A stretch of DNA of 24,963 nt. Source: a virus. Below the pieces are notes generated by a model. It had not been told where the DNA came from, ran no database searches, and was given only the letters and a program-made list of their open reading frames with translations. Position 1 is the stretch's first letter. Every line of letters starts with the position of its first letter. Shown here in pieces: positions 1 through 7,465 of the stretch. The stretch is taken from the UHGV virus genome UHGV-0134179, one strand, 5' to 3'. Both the position numbers and the translations under genes were made by a program.

Positions 1-2
1 TG

Positions 3-203
3 GTTGGGGCTGAAAAAGAGCGGCGCCGCACAAAGGCTGAGGACGTTATCGTCCCGTTAGCGCGTGCTGTGAAATACGGAATGGCTACCTTGGATGAAAA
101 AACGCGACTGGAACACTGGGAAAAATACTCCGTTCTGCTCAGTCGTGTTAACCCTGATGATGCCCCAGATATTGAATGGCCTGTGATGCCGGAAGTTCAT
201 TAA
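3..203 (+). CDS. hypothetical protein, C-terminal 66 codons only (5' end lies upstream of the window)
   Basis: Open frame from the window edge to TAA at 201-203, translating [66 protein letters not shown]. The antisense ORF 57-269 in the track reads as low-complexity junk. No family recognised. Confidence 0.3.
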   Translation, partial: VGAEKERRRTKAEDVIVPLARAVKYGMATLDEKTRLEHWEKYSVLLSRVNPDDAPDIEWPVMPEVH

Positions 204-311
204 GTGATAGCTATGGAATGGCCTCAGAAAAAATGGGTCCTTCCTGAGACTTTTGTAAGGCACGGGCATTGCGCGCCGCAGTGTTTTTGTAGCTACGGGT
301 TTTCAATTTGA

Positions 312-493
312 TTCACACTTGCGCACTTTCACACTTGTCACTTTTTGTTATGGGTTTGTTAATCGTGAGTGGTGGCAAGGGATTGCGGGAAGTTTCGATA
401 ATTTTTGATTCACAGTTTGATTTACACATTCAGTCTAAAAAGTGTGAACCCTTCACACTTTGTGTGCACAGTCGGTGTGCAGGGTTCACACTT
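312..493. repeat. array of TTCACACTT repeats (direct and inverted) upstream of the Nu1-like gene; candidate cosB/pac-type binding sites
   Basis: Exact TTCACACTT at 312-320, 328-336, 452-460 and 485-493; inverted copy AAAGTGTGAA at 439-448 forming a perfect palindrome AAAGTGTGAA-CCC-TTCACACTTT (439-461); degenerate copies at 409-417 and 422-430; TGTGCACA palindrome at 463-470. Confidence 0.6.
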
Positions 494-513
494 CGTCAGC
501 GAGGTAGGTTGTT

Positions 514-1098
514 ATGTTAATGTCAGTAAGCCAGTACGCCGAGCACAGCGGCATGAGTCGCCGGTCATTTTACAACTGGGAAAGTAAGCAGGGATTCCCG
601 GCTCGGGTTGACGGGAAGATTGACCAGGAGGCTTGCGATGCTTACCTGGCCCGTTACCGTGACAGTCATGATCCGCGCGCTCAGAACGCGAAAAGCAAAG
701 CGGTGGTATCCGATGGCCGCATTGTTGCTGGTAGCACTCTGGTAGAGATGAGTGTTGCGGAGATTAAACGCATCATAGCGTCAGGCGTCACCAAGGTGAC
801 CGGGATGGATCCGGACGAGCGAGCCCAGGTTGCTGCAAAGGCCGTAGAGCTGTTTGTAAGCGAAGGCCCCTATAACCCGCCTGTAACGTTCGGCGGTTAC
901 CGGCTGTCGATTGTTGAAACGCCAGATGATGAAATCGGGCAGATCATCGCGGGCGGTGCGTTTGGTCTGTCTGCATATGATGTGATCTACGAGTGCCGGG
1001 ATTACACCCTGACTCTCATGAGTGATGAAACTGAAGAAACAGCCATGCGGAGGGTTATACCTTCGTTGCTGTATGCCCTGGCCGACGATACCAACTAA
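514..1098 (+). CDS. Nu1-like small terminase subunit / winged-HTH DNA-binding protein (194 aa)
   Basis: N-terminus SQYAEHSGMSRRSFYNWESKQGFP follows the recalled lambda Nu1 HTH pattern (KKQLADIFGASIRTIQNWQEQGMP). GAGGTAGG RBS before the ATG. Sits immediately downstream of the repeat array. Product call is recall-based, not computed. Confidence 0.6.
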   Translation: MLMSVSQYAEHSGMSRRSFYNWESKQGFPARVDGKIDQEACDAYLARYRDSHDPRAQNAKSKAVVSDGRIVAGSTLVEMSVAEIKRIIASGVTKVTGMDPDERAQVAAKAVELFVSEGPYNPPVTFGGYRLSIVETPDDEIGQIIAGGAFGLSAYDVIYECRDYTLTLMSDETEETAMRRVIPSLLYALADDTN

Positions 1099-1128
1099 AT
1101 CAAAGTGTGCCAGCGGGCTCCTGTTATT

Positions 1129-1156
1129 CCAGCCCTTCGGGGCTGGCTTTTTATTT
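1129..1156 (+). terminator. rho-independent terminator downstream of the Nu1-like gene
   Basis: 7-bp GC-rich stem CCAGCCC / GGGCTGG with TTCG loop (1129-1146) followed by CTTTTTATTT. Confidence 0.6.
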
Positions 1157-1200
1157 CGTTACTCAGGGTGTAGTCGGTTATCTGTAGGACTGGAGAATGT

Positions 1201-1392
1201 ATGGTGTTAAAACAGAAGAAAATCGAGGCGGTAATTGAAGAGCTGGCCCGCCTGCAGGGGCATGAGTTAAACGCCGCCGATATGCTGGAGTTACGTTGCA
1301 GGGTTGCGGGAACGCTCGCAGCAAAAGAACGGCATCGTCGGCGCATGACTGCCCCAGAATATCATTGGCGGAAGCCAGCACCTCGCCGATAA
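1201..1392 (+). CDS. hypothetical small protein (63 aa), possibly an orphan or gene remnant
   Basis: ORF with GGAGAA RBS 5 nt upstream of ATG; basic C-terminus; no recognisable family; lies at the boundary of the AT-rich insertion. Confidence 0.3.
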   Translation: MVLKQKKIEAVIEELARLQGHELNAADMLELRCRVAGTLAAKERHRRRMTAPEYHWRKPAPRR

Positions 1393-1688
1393 ACTCTTTC
1401 TTCTGGCTGGTGCTGGTGGTCAAATTCCGAGCGATACCGATATTCCTGTATCGTTTTTAACCGCGTCGCTAAAAGATATGCGGTTAACGAAATGACAGTT
1501 AAACTGGCTGAGTTATTGCATATTTACCATCCCGTAAGCACCGTACACTGCATCTATCTACCAAACACATCAAGTATGACGGATTGTGGATTGTTTACTG
1601 GTTGAACAGCATTGTAATGCTCGGATTATCAGCAAAACCCGACTTACAGATTTGATCGAATTTCTGACTTTGCCGCAGCATCTACCAT

Positions 1689-2819
1689 CTATTTTCTTTG
1701 AATTCCTTTTCCCGAGTTTAAATCTGGATTGTTTATCAATAGCTTTCCATCTATAAGTAAAGCATCTATTTCATCTTGCTCCATTACATGAGATAGAATG
1801 TCAAAGCTATTGTATTTGGAGTTAAGTAAATCATCTAGCTTGGCATTTATTCTCTCGAGAAAGTATTTGTGCTGAGTTAATTCATTTTTCAATTTTTCGC
1901 GTTCATAACCATTCAAATTTAAGTTGGTGTCAATCTCATGCTGTTTTTCTTCGGTGAAGTTATTGAAAGCAGTTAGTCGATAATTCATCAGTGCTTCTAG
2001 TTCGCACTTGACTCTAAATATGAAATCTTTATGCCTATTGATATTGCTATCAGAGTAGTTGCCGCTAATTATTATTTCACAAATTCTACCCGCAACTAAT
2101 CGTTCAAAAACTGAGAAAACAGAGTGCATTAGGACTTTAGACTCGAAGAATTTATCAGGGTAATAGCATAAATTATTGCTTTCTATATAATAATTGAACC
2201 CAGTAGAGTAGGCTTCTGGTTCAGATTTTAATAATTGCCTGAACCGTTCTCTTTGTAGTATATATATTTCAAAGCAATCGTCATTGCACCTAACTATTCG
2301 GGATAAATATATATCCCTCATTGAATGGTCAAACGCTAGATCTGGGATACTTCTGAAACTATCTACAATTGTTTCTGAAACCCTTTCAAATCTTGATTGC
2401 TCTTCAATAATTTGATGATTTCTAATGTCAGAACAAAGATTAGATATATAGGATAAGTTATTGTAAATAGAACCATACAGACTTATACCAAGTAAGGCTG
2501 GCATAATCCCATATGTATTATCTATATTTACTTTTTCCAGTCCTGCAGTGTCACTTATTCTTCCTTTCTCAACACAGGCGGTCGTTGACAATCCACGTAA
2601 CTCACCACTGCTAATATTCATTAGGTCTCTGGATGAGTCTTTTTTAAAAACAACTCTGTAAAAAGTATCATTTTCTGATCCAGATGTATGCATTTTAAGA
2701 ATTTGATTGAATACATAATCCAATGGAGAATTAGATATGAAAACTGGGTTGGGAATCAATTTCTCCAACATTGGGTTATTTTTAAATATGACCTGAATAC
2801 TCTTGGGTAAATCTGACAT
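1689..2819 (-). CDS. hypothetical protein (376 aa), cargo gene of unknown function
   Basis: Long ORF in clearly AT-rich DNA, opposite strand to the phage late operon. AAGG RBS upstream. No signal peptide or TM segment seen; no Walker or other catalytic motif recognised. Confidence 0.7.
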   Translation of the reverse strand: MSDLPKSIQVIFKNNPMLEKLIPNPVFISNSPLDYVFNQILKMHTSGSENDTFYRVVFKKDSSRDLMNISSGELRGLSTTACVEKGRISDTAGLEKVNIDNTYGIMPALLGISLYGSIYNNLSYISNLCSDIRNHQIIEEQSRFERVSETIVDSFRSIPDLAFDHSMRDIYLSRIVRCNDDCFEIYILQRERFRQLLKSEPEAYSTGFNYYIESNNLCYYPDKFFESKVLMHSVFSVFERLVAGRICEIIISGNYSDSNINRHKDFIFRVKCELEALMNYRLTAFNNFTEEKQHEIDTNLNLNGYEREKLKNELTQHKYFLERINAKLDDLLNSKYNSFDILSHVMEQDEIDALLIDGKLLINNPDLNSGKGIQRK

Positions 2820-2846
2820 TGTGCTTACCTTTTTGAAGTTACGATG

Positions 2847-3311
2847 TTATATTCTAGGGCCTTCTAGGTGACATTGGTATGATGCTCCTCCATGTTCGTT
2901 AATAAACCAATCAATGGCATGCCCGGAAAGTCTGTCGATTGAAACGTGTGATATCTGATACCATGATTCACCGTCTCTTGATGCCTCTACAATATATTCT
3001 ATTTCTTTATCGTTTATCACCGGTTTTATCACCCGGAATAAAGTATCGTCCCGTCCCTGCGATTCATTATCGACGGACACAATCACCCCTCGGCTAAACC
3101 AGTTTGCTGTTCTACCATTTCCTGCGCACGTATCACCTGAGTCAATTCGCATATCAAAGCAGAGTTTATTATTCAATAGATAAGGTACAGGCCAAATTCC
3201 GGAGTCTGTGTTGCCATTTTTATCCTGAGGATCGCACACTATGAGGGATGTTCCTGATGCCATGAACGGCAGAGTGAACAATAGCGCAAAAGACAAAATT
3301 TTATAGTTCAT
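2847..3311 (-). CDS. secreted Cys-containing protein (154 aa precursor), cargo gene of unknown function
   Basis: Start taken at the internal Met (3311), giving a signal-peptide-like N-terminus MNYKILSFALLFTLPFMASG. GGTGGTGA RBS just upstream. Four Cys in the mature part. The track ORF extends to 3392 but the extension translates the RBS region. Confidence 0.6.
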   Translation of the reverse strand: MNYKILSFALLFTLPFMASGTSLIVCDPQDKNGNTDSGIWPVPYLLNNKLCFDMRIDSGDTCAGNGRTANWFSRGVIVSVDNESQGRDDTLFRVIKPVINDKEIEYIVEASRDGESWYQISHVSIDRLSGHAIDWFINEHGGASYQCHLEGPRI

Positions 3312-3409
3312 AAAATCACCACCCACATCAATAACTCCGCTTTTTCGGAGCAGCACTGTGACCGTGCCGCCTTCATCGCGCCTAAGAGCCACCGCCAGAC
3401 TTAACCTTA

Positions 3410-3437
3410 ATTATGTCCCGATAAACAATTACTGCAA
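3410..3437 (-). promoter_or_regulatory. candidate sigma70 promoter for the reverse-strand cassette
   Basis: On the minus strand: TTGCAG (-35, plus coords 3432-3437), 16-nt spacer, CATAAT (-10, 3410-3415). Pattern match only. Confidence 0.25.
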
Positions 3438-3544
3438 CATCGTATCCCAGACTTAAAGGATATTTTACCTCTTCTCTGCCTCATCCCACCTCCCGAACTA
3501 AGGGACTTCGTTAGGGACTACAAGTCACTTTGATTTCGAATTAA

Positions 3545-3712
3545 GTCATTAAATATCATTATGATAACAACGATGTCTTGAACTGGGAAGAGATACTTGA
3601 TCAACGCCAGCGGGAAATTGAGTCCTGCCTGAAGCGCGGACTTCCATTACCGAGCTGGGCGCAGGCGGATCAGTTCGCCAGCCAGACAATTACCGATCCG
3701 GAGGAAAAGTGA
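3545..3712 (+). pseudogene. 3' remnant of a portal-like gene (about 55 codons, no start codon)
   Basis: Open frame without an ATG ending in TGA at 3710-3712, overlapping the GTG start of the protease (GTGA) as the portal/protease junction does in lambda. Translation ...NDVLNWEEILDQRQREIESCLKRGLPLPSWAQADQFASQTITDPEEK. GC-rich, unlike the adjacent cassette. Portal identity is inferred from position. Confidence 0.4.
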
Positions 3713-4575
3713 ATCTACCTCATCTGGCCCAGCGCCTTTTTAATACACCGCTGGCGCTACACCCGAGCAAAGCTGAAGTCATCATGGCATCCGTTATGGA
3801 CCGGTTTGGTATCAGTAAAATCGAATCCTCTCTTGCCATGGATGATGACTGGTATGGATACGACGATAACCGGGGGCGGGAATCCCGTAGCGACCCGGGT
3901 TATGACAATGTGCTGGGCGTCGCTGTCATCCCGATATGTGGGACCCTGGTGCAGAAGCTGGGTAGCCTGCGCCCATACAGTGGTATGACAGGCTATGACG
4001 GCATTCGTCAGGCCTTCCTGACCGCGATGGAAGACCCCGATATTACGGGGATCTGCCTGGATATTGATTCGCCAGGCGGCGAGGTTGCCGGATGTTTCGA
4101 TCTGGTCGATGTCATTTATGGCGCCCGCGGGAAAAAGCCCATCCATGCCATCCTGACGGAAAGCGCCTATTCCGCCGCCTATGCGATTGCCAGTGCGGCG
4201 GACCGGATTTCTGTTCCCCGAACCGGTGGTGTGGGCTCAGTTGGCGTGATTACTATGCACCTTGACTGGACCCAGCGGATTAAAGATGACGGACTCAAAG
4301 TCACCATCATCACCTACGGTTCCCGTAAGGCTGAGGGGTCACCGCTGAGAGAGCTGTCAGATGAAGCGCTGGAGGCTATTCAGCAGGACATTAACACCAT
4401 GGGCGAATTGTTTGTGAATACCGTCGCCAGAAATCGGGGGATTAGCGCAAAGGTTATCAAAAGTACTCAGGCTGCCTGTTTTATGGCTGCTGATGGTGTG
4501 GAACTTGGACTGGCTGATGAGGTGTGTCCTCCTGATGCTGCGTTCAGAAACTTACTTGAAAAAACAGGAGCCTGA
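3709..4575 (+). CDS. prohead (head maturation) protease, S49 / lambda gpC-like
   Basis: GTG start. Motifs NLPHLA, PYSGMTGYDGI and DIDSPGGEVAG match recalled lambda gpC / SppA-type S49 peptidase signatures. Confidence 0.88.
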   Translation: MNLPHLAQRLFNTPLALHPSKAEVIMASVMDRFGISKIESSLAMDDDWYGYDDNRGRESRSDPGYDNVLGVAVIPICGTLVQKLGSLRPYSGMTGYDGIRQAFLTAMEDPDITGICLDIDSPGGEVAGCFDLVDVIYGARGKKPIHAILTESAYSAAYAIASAADRISVPRTGGVGSVGVITMHLDWTQRIKDDGLKVTIITYGSRKAEGSPLRELSDEALEAIQQDINTMGELFVNTVARNRGISAKVIKSTQAACFMAADGVELGLADEVCPPDAAFRNLLEKTGA

Positions 4576-4576
4576 A

Positions 4577-5167
4577 ATGGCGAAGAAAAAGACATTTAGT
4601 TTTGCTCATCTTATTGGCCGTGGCGCGGCTGCTTCCGAAGAGGAAGAAGACAAAAAGGCCAAAAAAGCGAAAGGCCGTCGCGCGGAAGAGGATGAGCGCG
4701 AAGATGATGCCGAGGACGATGAACGCGAAGATGACGCGGAAGACGACGAGCGTGATGATGACGCTGAAGATGACGGTGACGACCCGGATGCGGCGGAAGA
4801 CGATGAAGATTCCGAAGATGACGGCGACGATGACCGCAAAGAAAGCAAAGCGGTGAAAAATGCCCGCGCCGCCGAGCGTAAACGTTGCGCCCGTATCTTC
4901 GGCAGTAAGCACGCTGCGGCGAATCCGTCACTGGCCGCTTCACTCGCATTCAATACCGGGATGAGCTCTGCCGCCGCTATCGATGTTCTGGCATCCACGG
5001 CGCCAGCCTTGCAACCAAAGGCAACGCGCGGGCGCTCTCTCGATCAGCGCATGCAGGAAAGCCATGATGTCCGTCTGAATCCGGATGGCGGCAAGAAAGA
5101 GAACGGTAAATCGGCACTGGTAAACCAGATGACCGGCCTCTACAACTCCATTAAAGGAGAGAAATAA
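4577..5167 (+). CDS. acidic scaffold-like head protein (196 aa)
   Basis: Start at internal ATG 4577 with AGGAG RBS; the track ORF from 4493 overlaps the protease. Long acidic repeat EDDAEDDER x3. Position between protease and decoration/capsid genes. Confidence 0.6.
   Translation: MAKKKTFSFAHLIGRGAAASEEEEDKKAKKAKGRRAEEDEREDDAEDDEREDDAEDDERDDDAEDDGDDPDAAEDDEDSEDDGDDDRKESKAVKNARAAERKRCARIFGSKHAAANPSLAASLAFNTGMSSAAAIDVLASTAPALQPKATRGRSLDQRMQESHDVRLNPDGGKKENGKSALVNQMTGLYNSIKGEK
4688..4786 (+). repeat. roughly 27-bp tandem coding repeats (acidic EDDAEDDER units) inside the scaffold-like gene
   Basis: Three consecutive GA-rich units encoding EDEREDDAEDD / EREDDAEDD / ERDDDAEDD; creates long spurious antisense ORFs. 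Confidence 0.5.
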
Positions 5168-5574
5168 TGGATCAATTTGGTCAGAATGCCTTTGCACCTG
5201 GCATGAAGAGTTCAGTGTTTGTGCCGGATCAGTTAATTGCCGGTACACTGCAACTGGTCACTGACACCGGCACGATCACCGGCGGTGTGTATAAGCGTGG
5301 CACTGTGCTTGGCATGATCACCGCCAGTGGCAAATATACAGCCAGTGTGAAAACCGCAACGGATGGTAGCGAGACGCCAGCGGCCATTCTGGTTGATGAT
5401 GTTGACGCTTCCACCCATGGCGATCAGTCCGGCGGCCTGTACCTGATGGGCGAGTTCAACCAGAATCATATTATTTTTGACGATTCCTGGACTGCGCCGG
5501 AACTGAAAACAGCACTACGCCCGCTGGCCATTTTCCTGAAAGACAGCGCCCAGGCACCTTTAACCACCTCCTGA
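5167..5574 (+). CDS. head decoration protein (lambda gpD-like)
   Basis: 135 aa; AGGAGA RBS; TAATG overlap with the previous gene; immediately upstream of the major capsid gene. C-terminal GGLYLMGEFNQNHIIFDDSWTAPELKTALRP resembles the recalled lambda gpD C-terminus. Confidence 0.6.
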   Translation: MDQFGQNAFAPGMKSSVFVPDQLIAGTLQLVTDTGTITGGVYKRGTVLGMITASGKYTASVKTATDGSETPAAILVDDVDASTHGDQSGGLYLMGEFNQNHIIFDDSWTAPELKTALRPLAIFLKDSAQAPLTTS

Positions 5575-5672
5575 TTTATCCCTCATTTCTCCTGGCGAAT
5601 GCTTTAACGGGCAGGCGCTGACCTATTTAAAATTTATGCCAGCGTCTAGCTGGCATTATCAAGAGACTGAAT

Positions 5673-6722
5673 ATGGAAAATATTTATGATACCAGTGTGC
5701 TGGTGCAGGTCGTTCCTAACCTGAAAACCAGTCAGAACTGGCTGCTTGATCGCTTCTTCCCGAACGTCGTGACTTATGAGACCGAAGAAGTAGCGATTGA
5801 CGTGGATGTCGGCCTGCGTCGTATGGCGCCATTCGTCTCCCCGCTGGTGGAAGGTAAGCTGGTCGAGTCCCGTAAATACCAGACCAATACGTTCAAACCG
5901 GCGTACATCAAAGACAAGCGGGCGCCGGACCTGCGTAAACCTATCCGCCGCCAGATTGGTGAGCGTATTGGCGGTGAATATACCGCCGCAGAACGCGAAA
6001 TGTTGAACCTGCAGTTTGAGATGACTGATCAGATTGACATGATCAACCGTCGTCTTGAATGGATGGCGGCCAGCGCGCTGGTGTCCGGTACCGTCACGGT
6101 TTCCGGGGAAGGCTATGAAACCAAAGTGGTGGATTTTGGGCGCTCTCCGGATTTGACTATCACTCTGAGTGGTTCAGATAAGTGGCCGTTGACGGTTGCC
6201 GCTGGTGCCACTAATACCCAGCCCTCTGATGATATTGAAATCTGGCAGACGCTTTTCCTGAAAGAATCCGGTTCCGTCGCGACAGATCTGGTGTTCACAA
6301 GCAAGTCATGGCGTGCTTTCCGACTGGACACCACCATCAAAGATAACGCCATCACGTTCCCGGCGCTGAGCCCGTTTGGTAACCAGATTAATGCTGGTCC
6401 ACAGGCGATGAAGGGCGCTATTTATAAAGGTCGCTGGGGTAACTTTGACCTCTGGTTATATAACGACTGGTTTATTGACCCACTTGATAATGTCGAGAAG
6501 CCGATGATCCCCGACGGCGCCGTTATTATGTCTGGCGCTGATCTGATGGGGACCCGCGCTTTTGGCGTTATCCTGGACCCGGCATTTAACTACGGTCCCC
6601 TGGCCTATGCGCCAAAATCCTGGGTGAAAGAAGATCCGGCCCAGCGTCTTATCCTGATGCAATCCTCCCCGCTGGTTATTCCGAGCCGGGTAAACGCATC
6701 CCTCTGCGCGACGGTGGTCTGA
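5673..6722 (+). CDS. major capsid protein (lambda gpE-like)
   Basis: 349 aa; C-terminus PKSWVKEDPAQRLILMQSSPLVIP parallels recalled lambda gpE YPKNWVTTGDPAREFTMIQSAPLMLL; N-terminal RFFP...MAPFVSPLVEG parallels gpE LFFRE...MALYVSPIVSG. Confidence 0.88.
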   Translation: MENIYDTSVLVQVVPNLKTSQNWLLDRFFPNVVTYETEEVAIDVDVGLRRMAPFVSPLVEGKLVESRKYQTNTFKPAYIKDKRAPDLRKPIRRQIGERIGGEYTAAEREMLNLQFEMTDQIDMINRRLEWMAASALVSGTVTVSGEGYETKVVDFGRSPDLTITLSGSDKWPLTVAAGATNTQPSDDIEIWQTLFLKESGSVATDLVFTSKSWRAFRLDTTIKDNAITFPALSPFGNQINAGPQAMKGAIYKGRWGNFDLWLYNDWFIDPLDNVEKPMIPDGAVIMSGADLMGTRAFGVILDPAFNYGPLAYAPKSWVKEDPAQRLILMQSSPLVIPSRVNASLCATVV

Positions 6723-6723
6723 T

Positions 6724-7101
6724 ATGGCAAAAATCTCTAAAACCGAGCAGGTCGATGATCTGAATGCGGAAGGCGCCACCGAAGACGCCCTGAATATCGA
6801 CGACCTGAATGCCGGCGGCAGCGTTCAGATGACGCATCAGTATGACGAAAAAGACGGCGATTCATCTGATGATCAGGATGACGATGAAGAAGATTTTCAG
6901 GAAGTAGCGGAACCTGAGTTTGTGGTCCTGAAAGGGAACTGCATTCGCCATGACGGTGAGGTTTACCGGGAAAACTCCCTTATTCCGGTCTCCGGTAAGG
7001 ATGCCGAGCGTCTGCTGGCCGCAGGTGTAATTGCCGATGTCCATGCTCTGCGACAGCGCGCGTTATCTGCTGCGCGTGGTGTGAAAATAACAACGGAGTG
7101 A
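6724..7101 (+). CDS. hypothetical head-associated protein (125 aa, acidic N-terminus)
   Basis: Tightly packed after the capsid gene (2-nt gap), matching the position of lambda FI; no sequence signature recognised. Confidence 0.5.
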   Translation: MAKISKTEQVDDLNAEGATEDALNIDDLNAGGSVQMTHQYDEKDGDSSDDQDDDEEDFQEVAEPEFVVLKGNCIRHDGEVYRENSLIPVSGKDAERLLAAGVIADVHALRQRALSAARGVKITTE

Positions 7102-7105
7102 GCAT

Positions 7106-7465
7106 ATGGGCGTGGACTGGGATTTACATCTTCTGAGTCCGCTCCATGGCGTGTTTGGCGATGAGCATGAGTACCGTCCCCGCAACGGTACTCCTTTTAC
7201 GATTAACGGTATTTTTGACCGTGGCTATGCGCAGGTTGCAGAAAATCTTGATGGTGATTCAGAAATTAACACCTCCAGCCCAATGCTTGGGGTGCGCGAT
7301 GCTGAATTTCGTCAGTTGGGTAAACCGCAACCTGCCGTATCTGACCGTGTGTTTATCAAAACGGTCGGAGGTCAGATCATCAATCAGTTATTTGTTGTGT
7401 CCAACGTCGAACCGGACAGCCATGGCGGCTCACGTCTTGTTCTCAATGTGGCGAAAACCCGATGA
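7106..7465 (+). CDS. head-tail joining protein (lambda FII-like / Mu gp36-like)
   Basis: 119 aa; GIFDRGYAQVAE...SSPMLGVRDAEFRQL...DRVFI...HGGSRLVL parallels recalled lambda FII GVFDDPENISYAGQGVRVEGSSPSLFVRTDEVRQL...GGSCHLWL. Confidence 0.6.
   Translation: MGVDWDLHLLSPLHGVFGDEHEYRPRNGTPFTINGIFDRGYAQVAENLDGDSEINTSSPMLGVRDAEFRQLGKPQPAVSDRVFIKTVGGQIINQLFVVSNVEPDSHGGSRLVLNVAKTR

Noticed and set aside
57-269. 70-aa minus-strand ORF in the track at the left edge
   Set aside because: Translation is low-complexity and junk-like. The plus-strand frame 3..203 is open from the window edge and reads like a real protein C-terminus, so the plus-strand partial CDS was preferred.
388-420. Possible IHF-binding site within the cos-like region (by analogy with lambda cosB I1)
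   Set aside because: No sequence in either orientation fits the WATCAANNNNTTR consensus well.
2847-3392. Longer 181-aa version of the secreted protein starting at 3392
   Set aside because: The extra 27 residues translate the probable RBS region, and the internal Met at 3311 is immediately followed by a canonical signal peptide.
3499-3519. Direct repeat TAAGGGACT / TTAGGGACT 12 bp apart upstream of the portal remnant
   Set aside because: Only two short copies; could be chance or a minor operator. Insufficient evidence to call a feature.
3757-4146. 129-aa minus-strand ORF and 60-aa plus-strand ORF inside the protease gene
   Set aside because: Embedded in the S49 protease CDS, which has clear family motifs; no independent support.
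4688-4786. Tandem repeats considered as a possible CRISPR or VNTR array
   Set aside because: Only three imperfect units with no unique spacers, and they are in frame inside a coding sequence; these are coding repeats, not a CRISPR array.
4544-4998. Overlapping minus-strand ORFs (Ser-rich 130 aa, Arg/His-rich 112 aa, 122 aa) antisense to the acidic scaffold-like gene
   Set aside because: Artefacts of the GA-rich tandem repeats; antisense of GAN/GAC codons yields Ser/Arg-rich frames with no RBS or context.
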